Assembly: GCA_030827365.1 (NCBI GenBank)
Contig: JAUREO010000002.1
Location: 10,928-74,927, forward strand
Direction: 5' to 3'
DNA length: 64,000 nt
From: Poseidonia sp.
GTDB taxonomy: Archaea > Thermoplasmatota > Poseidoniia > Poseidoniales > Poseidoniaceae
Under the pieces are notes generated by a model. The model did not search any database, was not told the origin of the DNA, and was given only the letters and a program-made list of their open reading frames with translations. The translations under genes and the position numbers were made by a program. Shown here one piece after another: positions 18,929 to 29,655 of this stretch; position 1 is the first letter of the stretch; every line of letters starts with the position of its first letter.

Positions 18929-19306
18929 TCAATCCACCCCGTACAACTCAAGTTGAGAAAACAACTCATTAAGTGATGCTTTGTAAGCTGGCCCGACACC
19001 AAGAACGGTGATCGTATTTGGTGGAATTTCAGTTTTTCCAGCATCGCGGACAAGAGCATGGACAAGTCCTGCCTCCTCGCATTTTTCTTTCCAATACATA
19101 ATATCTACATCGTCAATTGCAGAAAGGCAAATTTTTCGAGAACCTGTGTTCCTCCACATTTCAAAAATTTGAGGAATTGACTTTCGTGCTTGAAGTGAAC
19201 AATCAACAGCTGCATGTGCACATTGAACTGCAACCTTACCCATCGACATTTCAAGGTCAGTACGCACGAGAAGTGCCATACTCAATTGGTCATCCGCGGA
19301 CAACAT
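18929..19306 (-). CDS. peptidyl-tRNA hydrolase, archaeal PTH2 family (copy 2, tandem paralog)
   Basis: MALLVRTDLEMSMGKVAVQCAHAAV...TVLGVGP. Same Pth2 architecture, different sequence. Confidence 0.7.
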   Translation of the reverse strand: MLSADDQLSMALLVRTDLEMSMGKVAVQCAHAAVDCSLQARKSIPQIFEMWRNTGSRKICLSAIDDVDIMYWKEKCEEAGLVHALVRDAGKTEIPPNTITVLGVGPAYKASLNELFSQLELYGVD

Positions 19307-19946
19307 ACACGTCCTCTACCATTTGAACATCCTCAGTAATTTCGGGAAGCGGTAACAAAAATTGTTGCATGGTATGACCGAACCAAACTACAAAACTCAT
19401 ATTGCCAATGACATGGAAGAAATCGTACATTAGACCAGAATAAAGTAGCGACAAAAAATCGATTGGTGTTGTGGAACTATCGACAAGGGAGAATGTTGTG
19501 ATCACATCAAACAGCACTGCAGATACTGCGGATAGAATCAGAAGAGATTTGAAATCAAGCATTTCATTGGTTTTGGAAACAAATGTTGCTCCAAGAAGGG
19601 CCACTGCTGACCATCCAAGTGCTTGGAATATCGTCCACCAACCATCGCCGATAAACACATTTGAAAGAAGTGTGACAAGAACTGCAAAACTCACGCCACG
19701 TTGAGCTCCTTGATGGGCACCCATGAGTAAAACGGCCAATGTGACAGGCTGAACATTAGGGAGTGGTTGAAACAATATCCGGCTAGCGACAATCACTAAA
19801 ACAAATGCTCCAAACATGAGTGATTGCATTTTTGAAGGCTTTGACATTGAAAAAAGAACGAACGCAAAGGATACGAAAAGAATGTCGAGCATGAGATCCG
19901 CTAATGGTGACAAGACTGGCCCATGGGTGCCAATAGCAGAGAACAT
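19290..19946 (-). CDS. polytopic membrane protein (5-6 TM), hypothetical; possibly ECF-transporter S-component-like
   Basis: Multiple hydrophobic helices (LMLDILFVSFAFVLF, AFVLVIVASRILF, SAVALLGATFV, ILSAVSAVLFDVI). No catalytic motifs. Confidence 0.4.
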   Translation of the reverse strand: MFSAIGTHGPVLSPLADLMLDILFVSFAFVLFSMSKPSKMQSLMFGAFVLVIVASRILFQPLPNVQPVTLAVLLMGAHQGAQRGVSFAVLVTLLSNVFIGDGWWTIFQALGWSAVALLGATFVSKTNEMLDFKSLLILSAVSAVLFDVITTFSLVDSSTTPIDFLSLLYSGLMYDFFHVIGNMSFVVWFGHTMQQFLLPLPEITEDVQMVEDVYVVRG

Positions 19947-19983
19947 GACAACCCGAGAAGATAATCGGACTTAGGCCTTACCA

Positions 19984-21660
19984 TCAAGATGCAAGCATCC
20001 AACGCAGAATTCCAGAATCTGGCATCGTCGTCTGGTCCGCAGAAATTGTTCCTAATGTGCCGTTTATTTTGAATTCCCAGCCGTTTCCTTCCACACCAGA
20101 AAAACTGACGATGAAGGTTCCAAAATGAAATTCTTCAATCTCGATGTCAATGTCATTTTGTTCTGCCATTGCTCTTGTCAAAGAGTACACGTTATCGTAG
20201 CCTGTGTAACCTCCGTCAACAATCTCGCCATTGGGCAATTCAATGATGACCACTTGGGTATCTTGCCAATCCGATGGCCAATCCGATGACCATTGCTCGA
20301 TATTTGATGTAGGTTGAAAGGCTTCTGGTTTGGAATCTTCCAAGAGAAGGATGATTTCTGGACTGAGTAATAAGATGCTGATCAGTATAGAAGTAAAAAA
20401 TAATCGAAGGGCCCAGATTTCAGAACCATGGACAATGAAATGACCACAAAGAAAAATGAAGGCAAAGAATGAAATGCCAATCAAGAGGTCATGATACCGA
20501 TAATCACTGTCTTCACCCGCTTCAAAGACCTCTGAGGAATAGAATTGAAGTATACCAAAATCATTTCCCATGACAAGAATTTCATGTATCGAGTCACCAA
20601 ACACTGGAGCTGCAGTTGAATATCCATCAAGTGTTGTATTGAAGGGTGAAGAATATTCTATGTGTCCTGAAGAATTCAGTGTCAAGATGAGAAGGCCTCC
20701 CTCCATCACATTTTGCGGCAACCAAATTCTTCCAATTCTGTCAACACCAATCTCTCCGTTTGAATGTGATGGCATTGAATCTATTTGTTTGCAATCCCCA
20801 CTACAATTAAAAATACGAACATACGAACTGTCAGTGGTCACTACAAAATCACCGATGAGTTTTGGGATGCCAGGTGAAGGACCACTTTCGTTGAGCAGAG
20901 AAATTGATTTAGATGAAGTATTAAAGAAAAAAACATTACTTTTTGCATCGGTTTGTACGTGGATCAATACACCACCGGACGTCAGAATTGGTGCATGCCG
21001 AATCAAACCTTCATCTACATGAAATGATTCTTTGGTTCCATTCTCAACATGCCATAAAGTGCCATTTTCATCACCAATCCAGTAACCATTTTCATCAACA
21101 GCGACTCCATTTCGCCACCCTAACCCAAGTTCAAATTCTTCGATTGTATGTCCGTCTGCAAGACAGAGAACGCTCAATCCGTTGCGGGTCGGAGCCACAA
21201 GTAGATCGTTTTGAATGACTGCTTGACCGGTGACTCCCCAATTTTGAACATAGGATTGATTCGTCCATAGAACATCACCGTTTGAGGTGTTGTGAGCGGT
21301 GATTTCTCCATTTGCCCATGGTACGATGAGCATTGAATCCCATGAACCACATTCTCCTTCTCCGGCTTGTACATCAATCAAGGGAGACATATCGTGCTGA
21401 ACAGAGTTGTTGTTGGTGTATTCCCATTTCACCTCTCCGTCATGATTAAGCGCAACGACCTTCGGTCGAGCATCATCACTCCAAAAACCGGATGAGCGGA
21501 CAAAAATTGTGTCATCCGAAATGACCGGTGCGGTCGTGATATAGCCATGATCAAATTCATATGTCCAATCAAGAGTGATTTCTTCAACGTCGATGGCTGA
21601 TGAAGGAAGGGAAATGAAGAACATAGCGATGAGCATGAAAGCAATCCTTCGAATGCACAT
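19984..21660 (-). CDS. secreted PQQ-like beta-propeller repeat protein with C-terminal TM anchor and cytoplasmic tail
   Basis: Signal peptide MCIRRIAFMLIAMFFISLPSSA. Repeated W-x-Y/T-N beta-propeller blades (GEVKWEYTNNN, GDVLWTNQSY). TM segments near residue 400 (ISFFAFIFLCGHFIV, LFFTSILISILLL). Confidence 0.5.
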   Translation of the reverse strand: MCIRRIAFMLIAMFFISLPSSAIDVEEITLDWTYEFDHGYITTAPVISDDTIFVRSSGFWSDDARPKVVALNHDGEVKWEYTNNNSVQHDMSPLIDVQAGEGECGSWDSMLIVPWANGEITAHNTSNGDVLWTNQSYVQNWGVTGQAVIQNDLLVAPTRNGLSVLCLADGHTIEEFELGLGWRNGVAVDENGYWIGDENGTLWHVENGTKESFHVDEGLIRHAPILTSGGVLIHVQTDAKSNVFFFNTSSKSISLLNESGPSPGIPKLIGDFVVTTDSSYVRIFNCSGDCKQIDSMPSHSNGEIGVDRIGRIWLPQNVMEGGLLILTLNSSGHIEYSSPFNTTLDGYSTAAPVFGDSIHEILVMGNDFGILQFYSSEVFEAGEDSDYRYHDLLIGISFFAFIFLCGHFIVHGSEIWALRLFFTSILISILLLSPEIILLLEDSKPEAFQPTSNIEQWSSDWPSDWQDTQVVIIELPNGEIVDGGYTGYDNVYSLTRAMAEQNDIDIEIEEFHFGTFIVSFSGVEGNGWEFKINGTLGTISADQTTMPDSGILRWMLAS

Positions 21661-21666
21661 GCTACT

Positions 21667-23697
21667 TCACTCTATCATTCGTTGAATTGCTTGCCTCAAT
21701 AAAGTGCTGACCTGCTTGCCATCTGCTCCACCAGCTGCTAGCATCACAACGCCCATCAATGGACCCATTGCACCCAATCCTTTTTCGAGAATGAAATCTT
21801 TTCTTTCAGCAAGAACATTATCAATAATTGTGGCAAGGTCATCGGCTGATGCGGGCGCAAGTCCATGCTGCTCACAATAGGCTTGAATAGACTCAAAGGA
21901 AGCATTCGAATCAGTTGAGAAATGGTGAACAACATTGTCTATGTGGTCACGAGCACATATATTCTTCTCGTGAAGTTGGGCTATGTGTTGAAGCAATTGA
22001 GAAGATTGGCCTTCATAATCGAGCATAAGTGCTGCCCAGAATTTAGGTGGTAGGTCTGCTAAATATTCAAAGAATTTGTCATCTTCTTCTCGTGAAAGCA
22101 ATTGTCGTGCCTGATCTTCTGAAATCCCGCTGGATTGAAGACGAGCGAAGCGTTCATCTTCGTCTGGAGGCAGATTGGATTTGATTTGATTCCAATGTTC
22201 AACATTGATACGATTTGTTTGGACATCAGTTTCGGGGTACATTCTCGAGCTTCCTGGAAGGGGGCGCATCGGGGTGGTTGTGCCATCTTCTGGTGCACCT
22301 TTTTTGACAACGACATTTCGGACCTCTTTTGGAATTCTATGCCATGCATGTTGTGCTCGATTTTTGACAGATTCCAAGGCGAGTACCGCCTGCCATGATG
22401 GTGCAAGACAAAGGGCAAACCCGTCTCCATCAGATAATTCGAGATGTTTGCGAACATCATCGACTTCATCTTGGGTGATACCATACGCAGGTAATTCATC
22501 TGAATGGAAAATCCCTTGAACGCCTGCTAATTTTGCGGCACCTGCTAATTCCCGTCCCAGCCGTGGCATTTGAGCACCACTCGCATCAATTGTTTTGGTG
22601 CCTAAATGGCCTGCGAGGTGTGGAAGTTTCAAACCCAACATGATGTTCTTTTGCCCAAGTCCTTTGACAACCATATCAGAAGTCGATGAAGAGAAACATA
22701 CCGACACATCCCTGGGTGGTTGAGAAAACAATGCAGAAACCATGTCCTTGACCTCCTGTTCAATTCCTTCATCATCTTCATTCCTATGCGCTGGTAACAT
22801 TGGTGCTTTTATTGAAGCACGAAGTGTATTTGCAAGTCGATAAAAATGCAGTTGCCTTGCCATCTCAAGTCGAATGATTTGGGGAATCCATTGCAAATCT
22901 TGACAACCTTTGATTTCAACTCTGTCCCCGCATCCAATTGAGACATTGAGGTCTTGTCGAATACTTCCAAGGCCTCGACGAACTCGTCTTGTTTGTCTTA
23001 GCACTTTTCCTAATCCTATTGCCGTCTCTTGAGCATGCTCAGGACTTTTTACATCGGGCGCCGTTGCGATTTCAATAAGTGGAATACCCAGTCGATCAAG
23101 ATTGTAGAGCACAATTGTTCCATCATCTGTTTTGATGGAGTCGAGTTTTCGTGCACTATCCTCCTCAAGACATATCACATCGATACCTACATCGCCTTGA
23201 GTGGTCGAAAGTATCCCATTTGTCGCAACAAGGGTTGTACGTTGAAATCCGCTTGTGTTGGAGCCATCAACCACTGTTTTTCGCATGGTTTGGAGCAGGG
23301 GCAAGGGTTGGGCTTGGAGCAATGCGGACACAGTCAAAGAGATATCAAGGGCTTGTTCATCAAGGGGAAGGGGTGGTGATTCATCGAGTTCAATGAGTCC
23401 CGCATTGGGAGATTGTACATATTCGAACGATCGTTTTCGGGCTTGTTCAAATTTTGCTGCAACATCGACTGAACCACTTTCTCCTTTTGGAGCACGAAGT
23501 CTGCGATGTGTTCGATACCACTCCGCAGGTACGCTATCTGCGGCCACATCAAATAACTCACCTCGCTGGCGCGAGTGAAGTTTTCCAGTAGCAAGTTGCT
23601 GATGAATTTCTAAACCGCACATGAATCCAAGTTCATCGCAATCGAGGAATTCGGGGGATGAAATGTCGCCACTTGGCTCACTCAATGCCCCCGCCAT
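21667..23697 (-). CDS. gatE: Glu-tRNA(Gln) amidotransferase subunit E (archaeal)
   Basis: N-terminal GLEIHQQL motif. Length about 670 aa. GatB/E catalytic core pattern and C-terminal YqeY-like tail. gatD is not in the window. Confidence 0.75.
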   Translation of the reverse strand: MAGALSEPSGDISSPEFLDCDELGFMCGLEIHQQLATGKLHSRQRGELFDVAADSVPAEWYRTHRRLRAPKGESGSVDVAAKFEQARKRSFEYVQSPNAGLIELDESPPLPLDEQALDISLTVSALLQAQPLPLLQTMRKTVVDGSNTSGFQRTTLVATNGILSTTQGDVGIDVICLEEDSARKLDSIKTDDGTIVLYNLDRLGIPLIEIATAPDVKSPEHAQETAIGLGKVLRQTRRVRRGLGSIRQDLNVSIGCGDRVEIKGCQDLQWIPQIIRLEMARQLHFYRLANTLRASIKAPMLPAHRNEDDEGIEQEVKDMVSALFSQPPRDVSVCFSSSTSDMVVKGLGQKNIMLGLKLPHLAGHLGTKTIDASGAQMPRLGRELAGAAKLAGVQGIFHSDELPAYGITQDEVDDVRKHLELSDGDGFALCLAPSWQAVLALESVKNRAQHAWHRIPKEVRNVVVKKGAPEDGTTTPMRPLPGSSRMYPETDVQTNRINVEHWNQIKSNLPPDEDERFARLQSSGISEDQARQLLSREEDDKFFEYLADLPPKFWAALMLDYEGQSSQLLQHIAQLHEKNICARDHIDNVVHHFSTDSNASFESIQAYCEQHGLAPASADDLATIIDNVLAERKDFILEKGLGAMGPLMGVVMLAAGGADGKQVSTLLRQAIQRMIE

Positions 23698-23747
23698 ACA
23701 CCTTGGAACACATCCCCCTTCATGAGAACGCCGATGGAGATGAACGC

Positions 23748-25883
23748 TTAAGCAAGACCAATGGTTTCGTAGCCCGATGGCCTGTATAGGCGTCCACCTG
23801 ATACGAGTTTATCGATAATTTCCTCTGCTTGCGATTTGTCGATGTTCAATCGATTGGCCTCGAGGAATACTTCGTTCAAATTTGCAAAGCCAGTGCCGCC
23901 ATCAATAGCAAACTTCTCAATGATTTCAAGGATACTTTGTTCCCTGTTTCTCGTCGTTGGTTTCTTGCCCGATTCCATTGTTGTAAGGTCACCACCAATG
24001 GATTCGTCTCTTGAATGCCTGAACAATCGAGTTGCACGGTCCATGTCTATTCGTTCGATGATTTTTGACAAACGAATTCGGGCACTCGCTTCTGCCAAAC
24101 GCGAAATCGCTTCGATATCACGTGCTGTCATTGTAATACTATCTTCTGCTTGACCTTTTTCGTGCCGTTTTTGAACATAAAATGCGATAAATTCTTCAAA
24201 CAATTCAATAGGCAGTTTAGGATGTATGTTTCTCTTCGCATAGGCAACATATTTTCTGAGGAAATCCTTGTGCAGTGTTGGAAACCCATTGTCGCCATGA
24301 ACATCTTCTTCACCAAAAGAGGTTGACTTGGTTGGGTCGGGTATTGAGCCTTCCTTGACGAGTATTTCGCTCGATGCTGCTCGCCTATTTTTGAGAATGT
24401 GCTCTGCGATTCTAGTATCGCTATCAAAATCGGGTGTATCTGTCATAACCCAAATGAGGTCAAATCGAGACAACAATGGAGGTTCAAGATTGATTTGACG
24501 CACAAGGGGAACTTCACTGAGTGGTTTGAAGCGTCCGGATTGAGGATTTGCTGCAGCGAGAACCGCACATCGTGTACTCAATGTCGCATTGATTCCTGCT
24601 TTGGCAATTGAAATTCGTTGTTGCTCCATAGCTTCGTGCATACTCGCTCGGTCTGAGTTTGACATTTTATCAAACTCATCGACGGCTGCAAGCCCCATAT
24701 CTGCTAAGACAAGAGCACCTGCTTCGAGTGTCCATCTGCCGTCTGCACTCGAATCTTGAACTGCCGCGGCTGTAAGGCCAGCTGCTGATGCTGACTGACC
24801 AGAAGTAAATCGACCTCTTGGAGAAATTTTTGCCATATAACTCAACAATTGAGATTTCGCTACACCGGGGTCTCCCATGAGGAGGATGTGAATATCACCT
24901 CGTATTCTTGTGGTATCTTTGTTCAGACCAGGAACACCACCAAACAATTGTAGTGCAAGTGATTCTTTGATGTGGTTCATGCCAAAAATCGAAGGAGCAA
25001 TCGATGCTTTGAGGATTTCGAACACATCGGGATTTGAAGCAATATCTTTGATTTGAATTTCTTCTGCCTCTGTCACTTTGATTTCTTCGAGTGCTACGCT
25101 GTGATGTTCAAGAGAATGTATGTTGAAGTAATAATCAAACAATGGAGTTTGTTTCCCTGCTTTTCGTTGAGAACGAATAAAAAGCACCCCGTTTGCCTTG
25201 ACCCTATCACCAGGGGTCACTCGACCAGTCAAATCTTGTTCTGCAATACACATTAATCGAGATGGTTGCAGACCTCCTCTCATTTGCTCTGGTAATTCTT
25301 GTAATTCCACAAATTGGGTGTTGATGAGCACTGAATGCTGGTGATGTAAGGTAAATCGAACTTGCCTACCTTCACCGCCACAACCACCATCGACACCACT
25401 ACACTGAAGTGGTTCGACTAGTTCTTGCTCGTTGTATTGGTCAACAATAGTTGGGTGACCGCACTTGTCACATACAAAGGTGGCCCTGTACAAACGTGGT
25501 CGCACTCCTGTTATTTTTGTGACAACGGTATCAAGTGAGATAAACAAGCCAATGTCATGAGCCCGAATTTCCGAAATTGGACGAATTTGTGTGCTTGGGA
25601 GATCCTGAATTCGAACAAATGGTTGTAGGTTACCATATCCGCTATCAAGTAAAATTTGGTTGAGGGCTCTATTTGCGGATTGGAAATTCGCATCTGGATG
25701 AGCAAGAATGTTTTGAGCAAAATCGTGGTCGAGACTTTCGATGACTCTGTAAGATACCTCAAGCGATTGGTTCTCCGGCCAAAGTTGAGTTAAGGTATGT
25801 ATTTGCTCCGCGTAGGTTTCTCTGAGCCAAGTCACCCAACGCCCTTCAAGGTCCGCTTCTTGAATTTCTGAAATACTCTTCAC
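23748..25883 (-). CDS. mcm: minichromosome maintenance (MCM) replicative helicase
   Basis: Zn-finger CDKCGH...CSGVDGGCGGEG, Walker A IHILLMGDPGVAKSQLL, Walker B CAVLAAANP and arginine-finger SRFDLIWV. 711 aa with no intein. Confidence 0.9.
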   Translation of the reverse strand: MKSISEIQEADLEGRWVTWLRETYAEQIHTLTQLWPENQSLEVSYRVIESLDHDFAQNILAHPDANFQSANRALNQILLDSGYGNLQPFVRIQDLPSTQIRPISEIRAHDIGLFISLDTVVTKITGVRPRLYRATFVCDKCGHPTIVDQYNEQELVEPLQCSGVDGGCGGEGRQVRFTLHHQHSVLINTQFVELQELPEQMRGGLQPSRLMCIAEQDLTGRVTPGDRVKANGVLFIRSQRKAGKQTPLFDYYFNIHSLEHHSVALEEIKVTEAEEIQIKDIASNPDVFEILKASIAPSIFGMNHIKESLALQLFGGVPGLNKDTTRIRGDIHILLMGDPGVAKSQLLSYMAKISPRGRFTSGQSASAAGLTAAAVQDSSADGRWTLEAGALVLADMGLAAVDEFDKMSNSDRASMHEAMEQQRISIAKAGINATLSTRCAVLAAANPQSGRFKPLSEVPLVRQINLEPPLLSRFDLIWVMTDTPDFDSDTRIAEHILKNRRAASSEILVKEGSIPDPTKSTSFGEEDVHGDNGFPTLHKDFLRKYVAYAKRNIHPKLPIELFEEFIAFYVQKRHEKGQAEDSITMTARDIEAISRLAEASARIRLSKIIERIDMDRATRLFRHSRDESIGGDLTTMESGKKPTTRNREQSILEIIEKFAIDGGTGFANLNEVFLEANRLNIDKSQAEEIIDKLVSGGRLYRPSGYETIGLA

Positions 25884-26057
25884 CTCGCCTTAGAATAGCA
25901 GTTGCCAACATCTTATGAACAATTCTCTTGTTCAAAGGCCCCCCCTTATTTCCGATGGAACTGAAATCGAATGATGGTGGTAGTGTTGAAATAAAATTCA
26001 CCGCATTTGGAATGATGCCGAAGTCAAATTCATATCAAAACGAGTTTTGTTCGATGT

Positions 26058-27068
26058 ATGCCCGCACATTCATTTGAACCCATCCAAGGTCAAATTGTGC
26101 GGTTTTCATTTGATTCCAAACAACTTCAAAACAAACTCGGTGACCCAACCACTCGCGAAGTGATGGTACATGTTTCGCCCGAAGCAGTCCAACTCATTCA
26201 ACAAGGACATCGCTTACCCGTTCTTGTCTACTTGGCTCCATTCACATCAAGTGCTCCTGCGAGGGCTGGTTGGAAAGCCTTCTCTGAATCTATACTTCAG
26301 AGGCATGAACGCCTCGTAAAAAAAGGGAAAATGAAACCAGTGTATCTCGTTCTCCCAGATACATTCACATCACTTGGGGGAAATCAATTCATCGATTCAC
26401 CTATATTGGGACATTGGTCAACATGGCTTTCCAATGACTTGCAAGAAGAAATGGCAAAACGTTTCAACACCAATGGACGATTTTCGATTCTCGGAAAATC
26501 TTCTGGTGGCTATGGGGCGATGATGAACGCTATGTTGTTTGGTGATAGGTGGCACGGTGTGGCGAGCCATTCAGGGGATGTGGGGTTTGATTTTATGTTC
26601 AAACACGATTTTTTTAATACCCTTCGTCGACTTGAAGCGTTTTCATCCATGTCTGAATTCGTGAATTCTACAAGAGTTTCCGATTCCATTTCCCATGATA
26701 CATTGCACGATTTGATGATGATAGCCTTAGCCGCAAGCTACTGCCCACCAAAGAGCAACGACCTTAACGACATTCAATTTCCAATCACTGGCGCTTACCA
26801 TACATTCGATGAACAAATCTGGCAGGATTGGAAACGATGGGATCCGCTTGAGATGGTGAAAACACATGGGCACCACCTCTCCAAACTGAGTGTCTTTTTC
26901 CTTGACTGCGGACGTTTTGACCAATACAACATTCATTTTGGCTCAAGATTACTAAGTCAAACATTAAACGAACTTGGTATTGAACACACCTACGAAGAAT
27001 TTGATGGCACTCATTCTAGTATCGACTACCGACTTGATGTCTCCCTTGCCTTATTGTCTCAAATTTGA
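26058..27068 (+). CDS. putative esterase (esterase D / enterochelin-esterase-like alpha/beta hydrolase)
   Basis: GKSSGGYGA nucleophile elbow (GxSxG). HSGDVGFD and DxxH distal motifs typical of PF00756-like esterases. Confidence 0.55.
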   Translation: MPAHSFEPIQGQIVRFSFDSKQLQNKLGDPTTREVMVHVSPEAVQLIQQGHRLPVLVYLAPFTSSAPARAGWKAFSESILQRHERLVKKGKMKPVYLVLPDTFTSLGGNQFIDSPILGHWSTWLSNDLQEEMAKRFNTNGRFSILGKSSGGYGAMMNAMLFGDRWHGVASHSGDVGFDFMFKHDFFNTLRRLEAFSSMSEFVNSTRVSDSISHDTLHDLMMIALAASYCPPKSNDLNDIQFPITGAYHTFDEQIWQDWKRWDPLEMVKTHGHHLSKLSVFFLDCGRFDQYNIHFGSRLLSQTLNELGIEHTYEEFDGTHSSIDYRLDVSLALLSQI

Positions 27069-27161
27069 TGTGGAAAGTGATTAAACAAGACTTGGCGTTT
27101 CGTCATTTCAGACTTGGAAACCATGCGGTTTCTTCATCAACGTTCACGATGTGGAAACACC

Positions 27162-28256
27162 ATGGGCGAACCTATGGAATACGCCAGTTCCGGAGTTGAC
27201 ATTGAGCTCGAGGGAAAGGCTGTCGCCTCGCTCATCTCATCGCTCGGGAAGAGTGTGAGAGCCCCTGGCACATTTGGTGCACCTGTGCCTGTTCCTGGAG
27301 GCTTTGGAGGCCTGATAGAATTTGGAGAATACTATCTCGCTCTCGCAACCGATGGCGTTGGAAGTAAACTACAAATCGCCTCAGAAGTCAATCGGTTCGA
27401 AAGTGTTGGCATCGATTGTATGGCGATGAATGTCAACGATTTATTGTGCGTTGGTGCAGAGCCCCTCGCGTTCGTGGATTATGTCGCTGTTCCAAAACCC
27501 GACCCTGAATTTCACAAACAATTAGGAGCATCGCTTTCCGAAGCCTGCCGATTGGCTCGAGTGACTTTGGCCGGCGGTGAAACTGCTTCGTTGCCCGACA
27601 TTGTCAACGAAGTTGATGTTTCGGGAACAGCATTAGGCTTTGTTGCCAAAGGTCAACAAATTACCGGCGAATTTATCCTCGAAGATGATGTCCTCATCGG
27701 ATTAGCATCAAACGGAATCCATTCCAACGGCTACTCTCTTGTTCGAGCGGTGATGAAGCGATATCAACACAATTATCTCGACGATCTTCCTTTCGATCGA
27801 ACACTTCCAAATGGTCAACAAGCCCTCTCCTTCGCAGATGTCTTCCTTATCCCCACAAGCATCTATTGTGACCCAATCGTCGATATGCTCAACTGCTCTA
27901 AAGAAATAGCCGGTTTTGAAAGAAGTGATGTTCACGGCTTGTGCCACATCACTGGTGGAGGTTTGACCAATCTATTGCGATTGCATCCAACGTTTGGTTG
28001 GACCATTGATTCTCCACTTCCTGTGCATGCTGAATTCGATTGGCTTCAACAACAAGGAGAAATCACGGACTGGGAAATGTATCGAACATTCAATATGGGC
28101 ATGGGCATGGTCATCGTTGTTTCACGAACTGTTGCCCAAGATATCCTTGAATGGCTGAATTCACGAGGCCACCATGCACAAATTGTTGGTGCTGTTCACA
28201 ACCAAGGCAAGCAAGTCACACATCTTCCAACGGGCTCCACATACGATGCGTATTAA
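27162..28256 (+). CDS. purM: phosphoribosylformylglycinamidine cyclo-ligase (AIR synthetase)
   Basis: YASSGVDIE...GGFGGL...LATDGVGSKL...GIDCMAMNVNDLLCVGAEPLAFVDYVA matches PurM N- and C-domain signatures. Start placed at the internal ATG (MGEPMEY). Confidence 0.85.
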   Translation: MGEPMEYASSGVDIELEGKAVASLISSLGKSVRAPGTFGAPVPVPGGFGGLIEFGEYYLALATDGVGSKLQIASEVNRFESVGIDCMAMNVNDLLCVGAEPLAFVDYVAVPKPDPEFHKQLGASLSEACRLARVTLAGGETASLPDIVNEVDVSGTALGFVAKGQQITGEFILEDDVLIGLASNGIHSNGYSLVRAVMKRYQHNYLDDLPFDRTLPNGQQALSFADVFLIPTSIYCDPIVDMLNCSKEIAGFERSDVHGLCHITGGGLTNLLRLHPTFGWTIDSPLPVHAEFDWLQQQGEITDWEMYRTFNMGMGMVIVVSRTVAQDILEWLNSRGHHAQIVGAVHNQGKQVTHLPTGSTYDAY

Positions 28257-28293
28257 TCGGTGCGGTCTTGAACTCTAATCGTTTCGCGTCTTC

Positions 28294-29655
28294 ATGGCCG
28301 ATGAAAAAAAGGATGAGTTTGAGGCTCATTGGCCAGGTCAACCTTGGATGGAAGGAAAGACCGTCATTCTGCTTTCAAACCAACAAGAGCGCCCATCGCA
28401 TATGCCTCGTGGCCCAGCGAAACGAGTCGGCCCCGGATTCATCAATCCAGCAATGGCACCTGCGAGAACAAGGTCAGTACTCCTGCTTGAAGATGCACTT
28501 TCCAACGAGTGGCTTACAGAGGGAGAGATGCCCATTCGTGCTCTTGATGCACTATGCAGTACAGGTGTCAGATTTCGGCGATGGAGAAATGAAATTCCAA
28601 AAGAATTACAGCCTCGGCTGAGAATTCACGCAAATGATTTGGATGAGTTCGCTCTTCGCTGGGCTCAAGAATCCAATCTACTTTACCCGCCGAATCATGT
28701 TTGGGATTTTGATGAAGAACTTTTTAATGACCACGAAAGAGTTCATGGAACACTCATCGAGGGCATTTTTTACATGCAAGAAGATGCCCGAATTGCATTG
28801 AATAAGGGTGCATATCAGTGGATTGACCTCGACCCATTTGGCTCCCCAATCACCTTCCTTGATGCTGCCATACAGGGTATAGGACGACGTGGTGTACTCG
28901 AAGTGACCGCTACAGATACAGCCGCCTTAACAGGTTCAAGTCCTTCATCTCAACGAAGAAGATACGGTGCAAAGGGCATTGTTGATGCATATGCCCATGA
29001 TGATGCCATTCGGACACTGCTTGGAGTCGTAGCTACAACTGCTGCAAAACATGACCGATTCATTGAACCAATTCTCTGCCTCTTTGATGGACATCATGTC
29101 CGGCTAAGTGTGCTTATTGTTCGTGGAAAAGAAAAGGCCTCAGAAATGCAAACCTCGATCGGATGGAGATTGCGTTACAAAGATGGTGGCTACATCTTCG
29201 TCGAACACCCCTCTCCAGAAGAACTCGTCAACGCAAGTGGACCCATGTGGATTGCCCCTCTGTGGAATCAAGCAATCACATCGAGATTGAGTGAGGAAAG
29301 GGCACTCAGCATCTGTTTTCCGAGTGAAAATGAAAAGAAACTTTTGAATCAAATGCATGGGGGATGGTCTGAAAACGACTGGGAATATTGGAGGCGAGAA
29401 ATCTGCCGAAGTGTTCGATTCATCCAAGATGCTGCTCCAATCATGAGTCACGACCATCTCCTCATCGACATTGACGATTTCGCAAAGAAACTCAAACTCA
29501 AACACATTCCGAAAATGGAGAGTATTTTGACTGCATTTAGGAATGCTGGCCATGAAACTGCTCGTGTTCCAGATGCGAATCCAATGATTGCGACCTTTGC
29601 TTCAATCGAACAATCAAAACAAATTCTTCGTGTCCTCGGCAAATCACATGAATGA
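28294..29655 (+). CDS. trm1: tRNA (guanine(26)-N2)-dimethyltransferase
   Basis: Trm1 signature IDLDPFGSPITFLDAA. SAM-MTase fold. Length is extended at the N-terminus relative to typical archaeal Trm1, so the true start may be at MEGKTVIL near 28348. Confidence 0.75.
   Translation: MADEKKDEFEAHWPGQPWMEGKTVILLSNQQERPSHMPRGPAKRVGPGFINPAMAPARTRSVLLLEDALSNEWLTEGEMPIRALDALCSTGVRFRRWRNEIPKELQPRLRIHANDLDEFALRWAQESNLLYPPNHVWDFDEELFNDHERVHGTLIEGIFYMQEDARIALNKGAYQWIDLDPFGSPITFLDAAIQGIGRRGVLEVTATDTAALTGSSPSSQRRRYGAKGIVDAYAHDDAIRTLLGVVATTAAKHDRFIEPILCLFDGHHVRLSVLIVRGKEKASEMQTSIGWRLRYKDGGYIFVEHPSPEELVNASGPMWIAPLWNQAITSRLSEERALSICFPSENEKKLLNQMHGGWSENDWEYWRREICRSVRFIQDAAPIMSHDHLLIDIDDFAKKLKLKHIPKMESILTAFRNAGHETARVPDANPMIATFASIEQSKQILRVLGKSHE

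Noticed and set aside
21667-23697. gatE without an adjacent gatD
   Set aside because: gatD and gatE are frequently unlinked in archaeal genomes, so this is not anomalous.
25884-26057. Possible origin-recognition-box-like element (TTTCCGATGGAACTGAAA) in the mcm/esterase divergent intergenic region
   Set aside because: Only a single, imperfect match to the archaeal ORB consensus. No repeated ORBs, no AT-rich unwinding element and no adjacent orc1/cdc6. It is most likely just promoter sequence.
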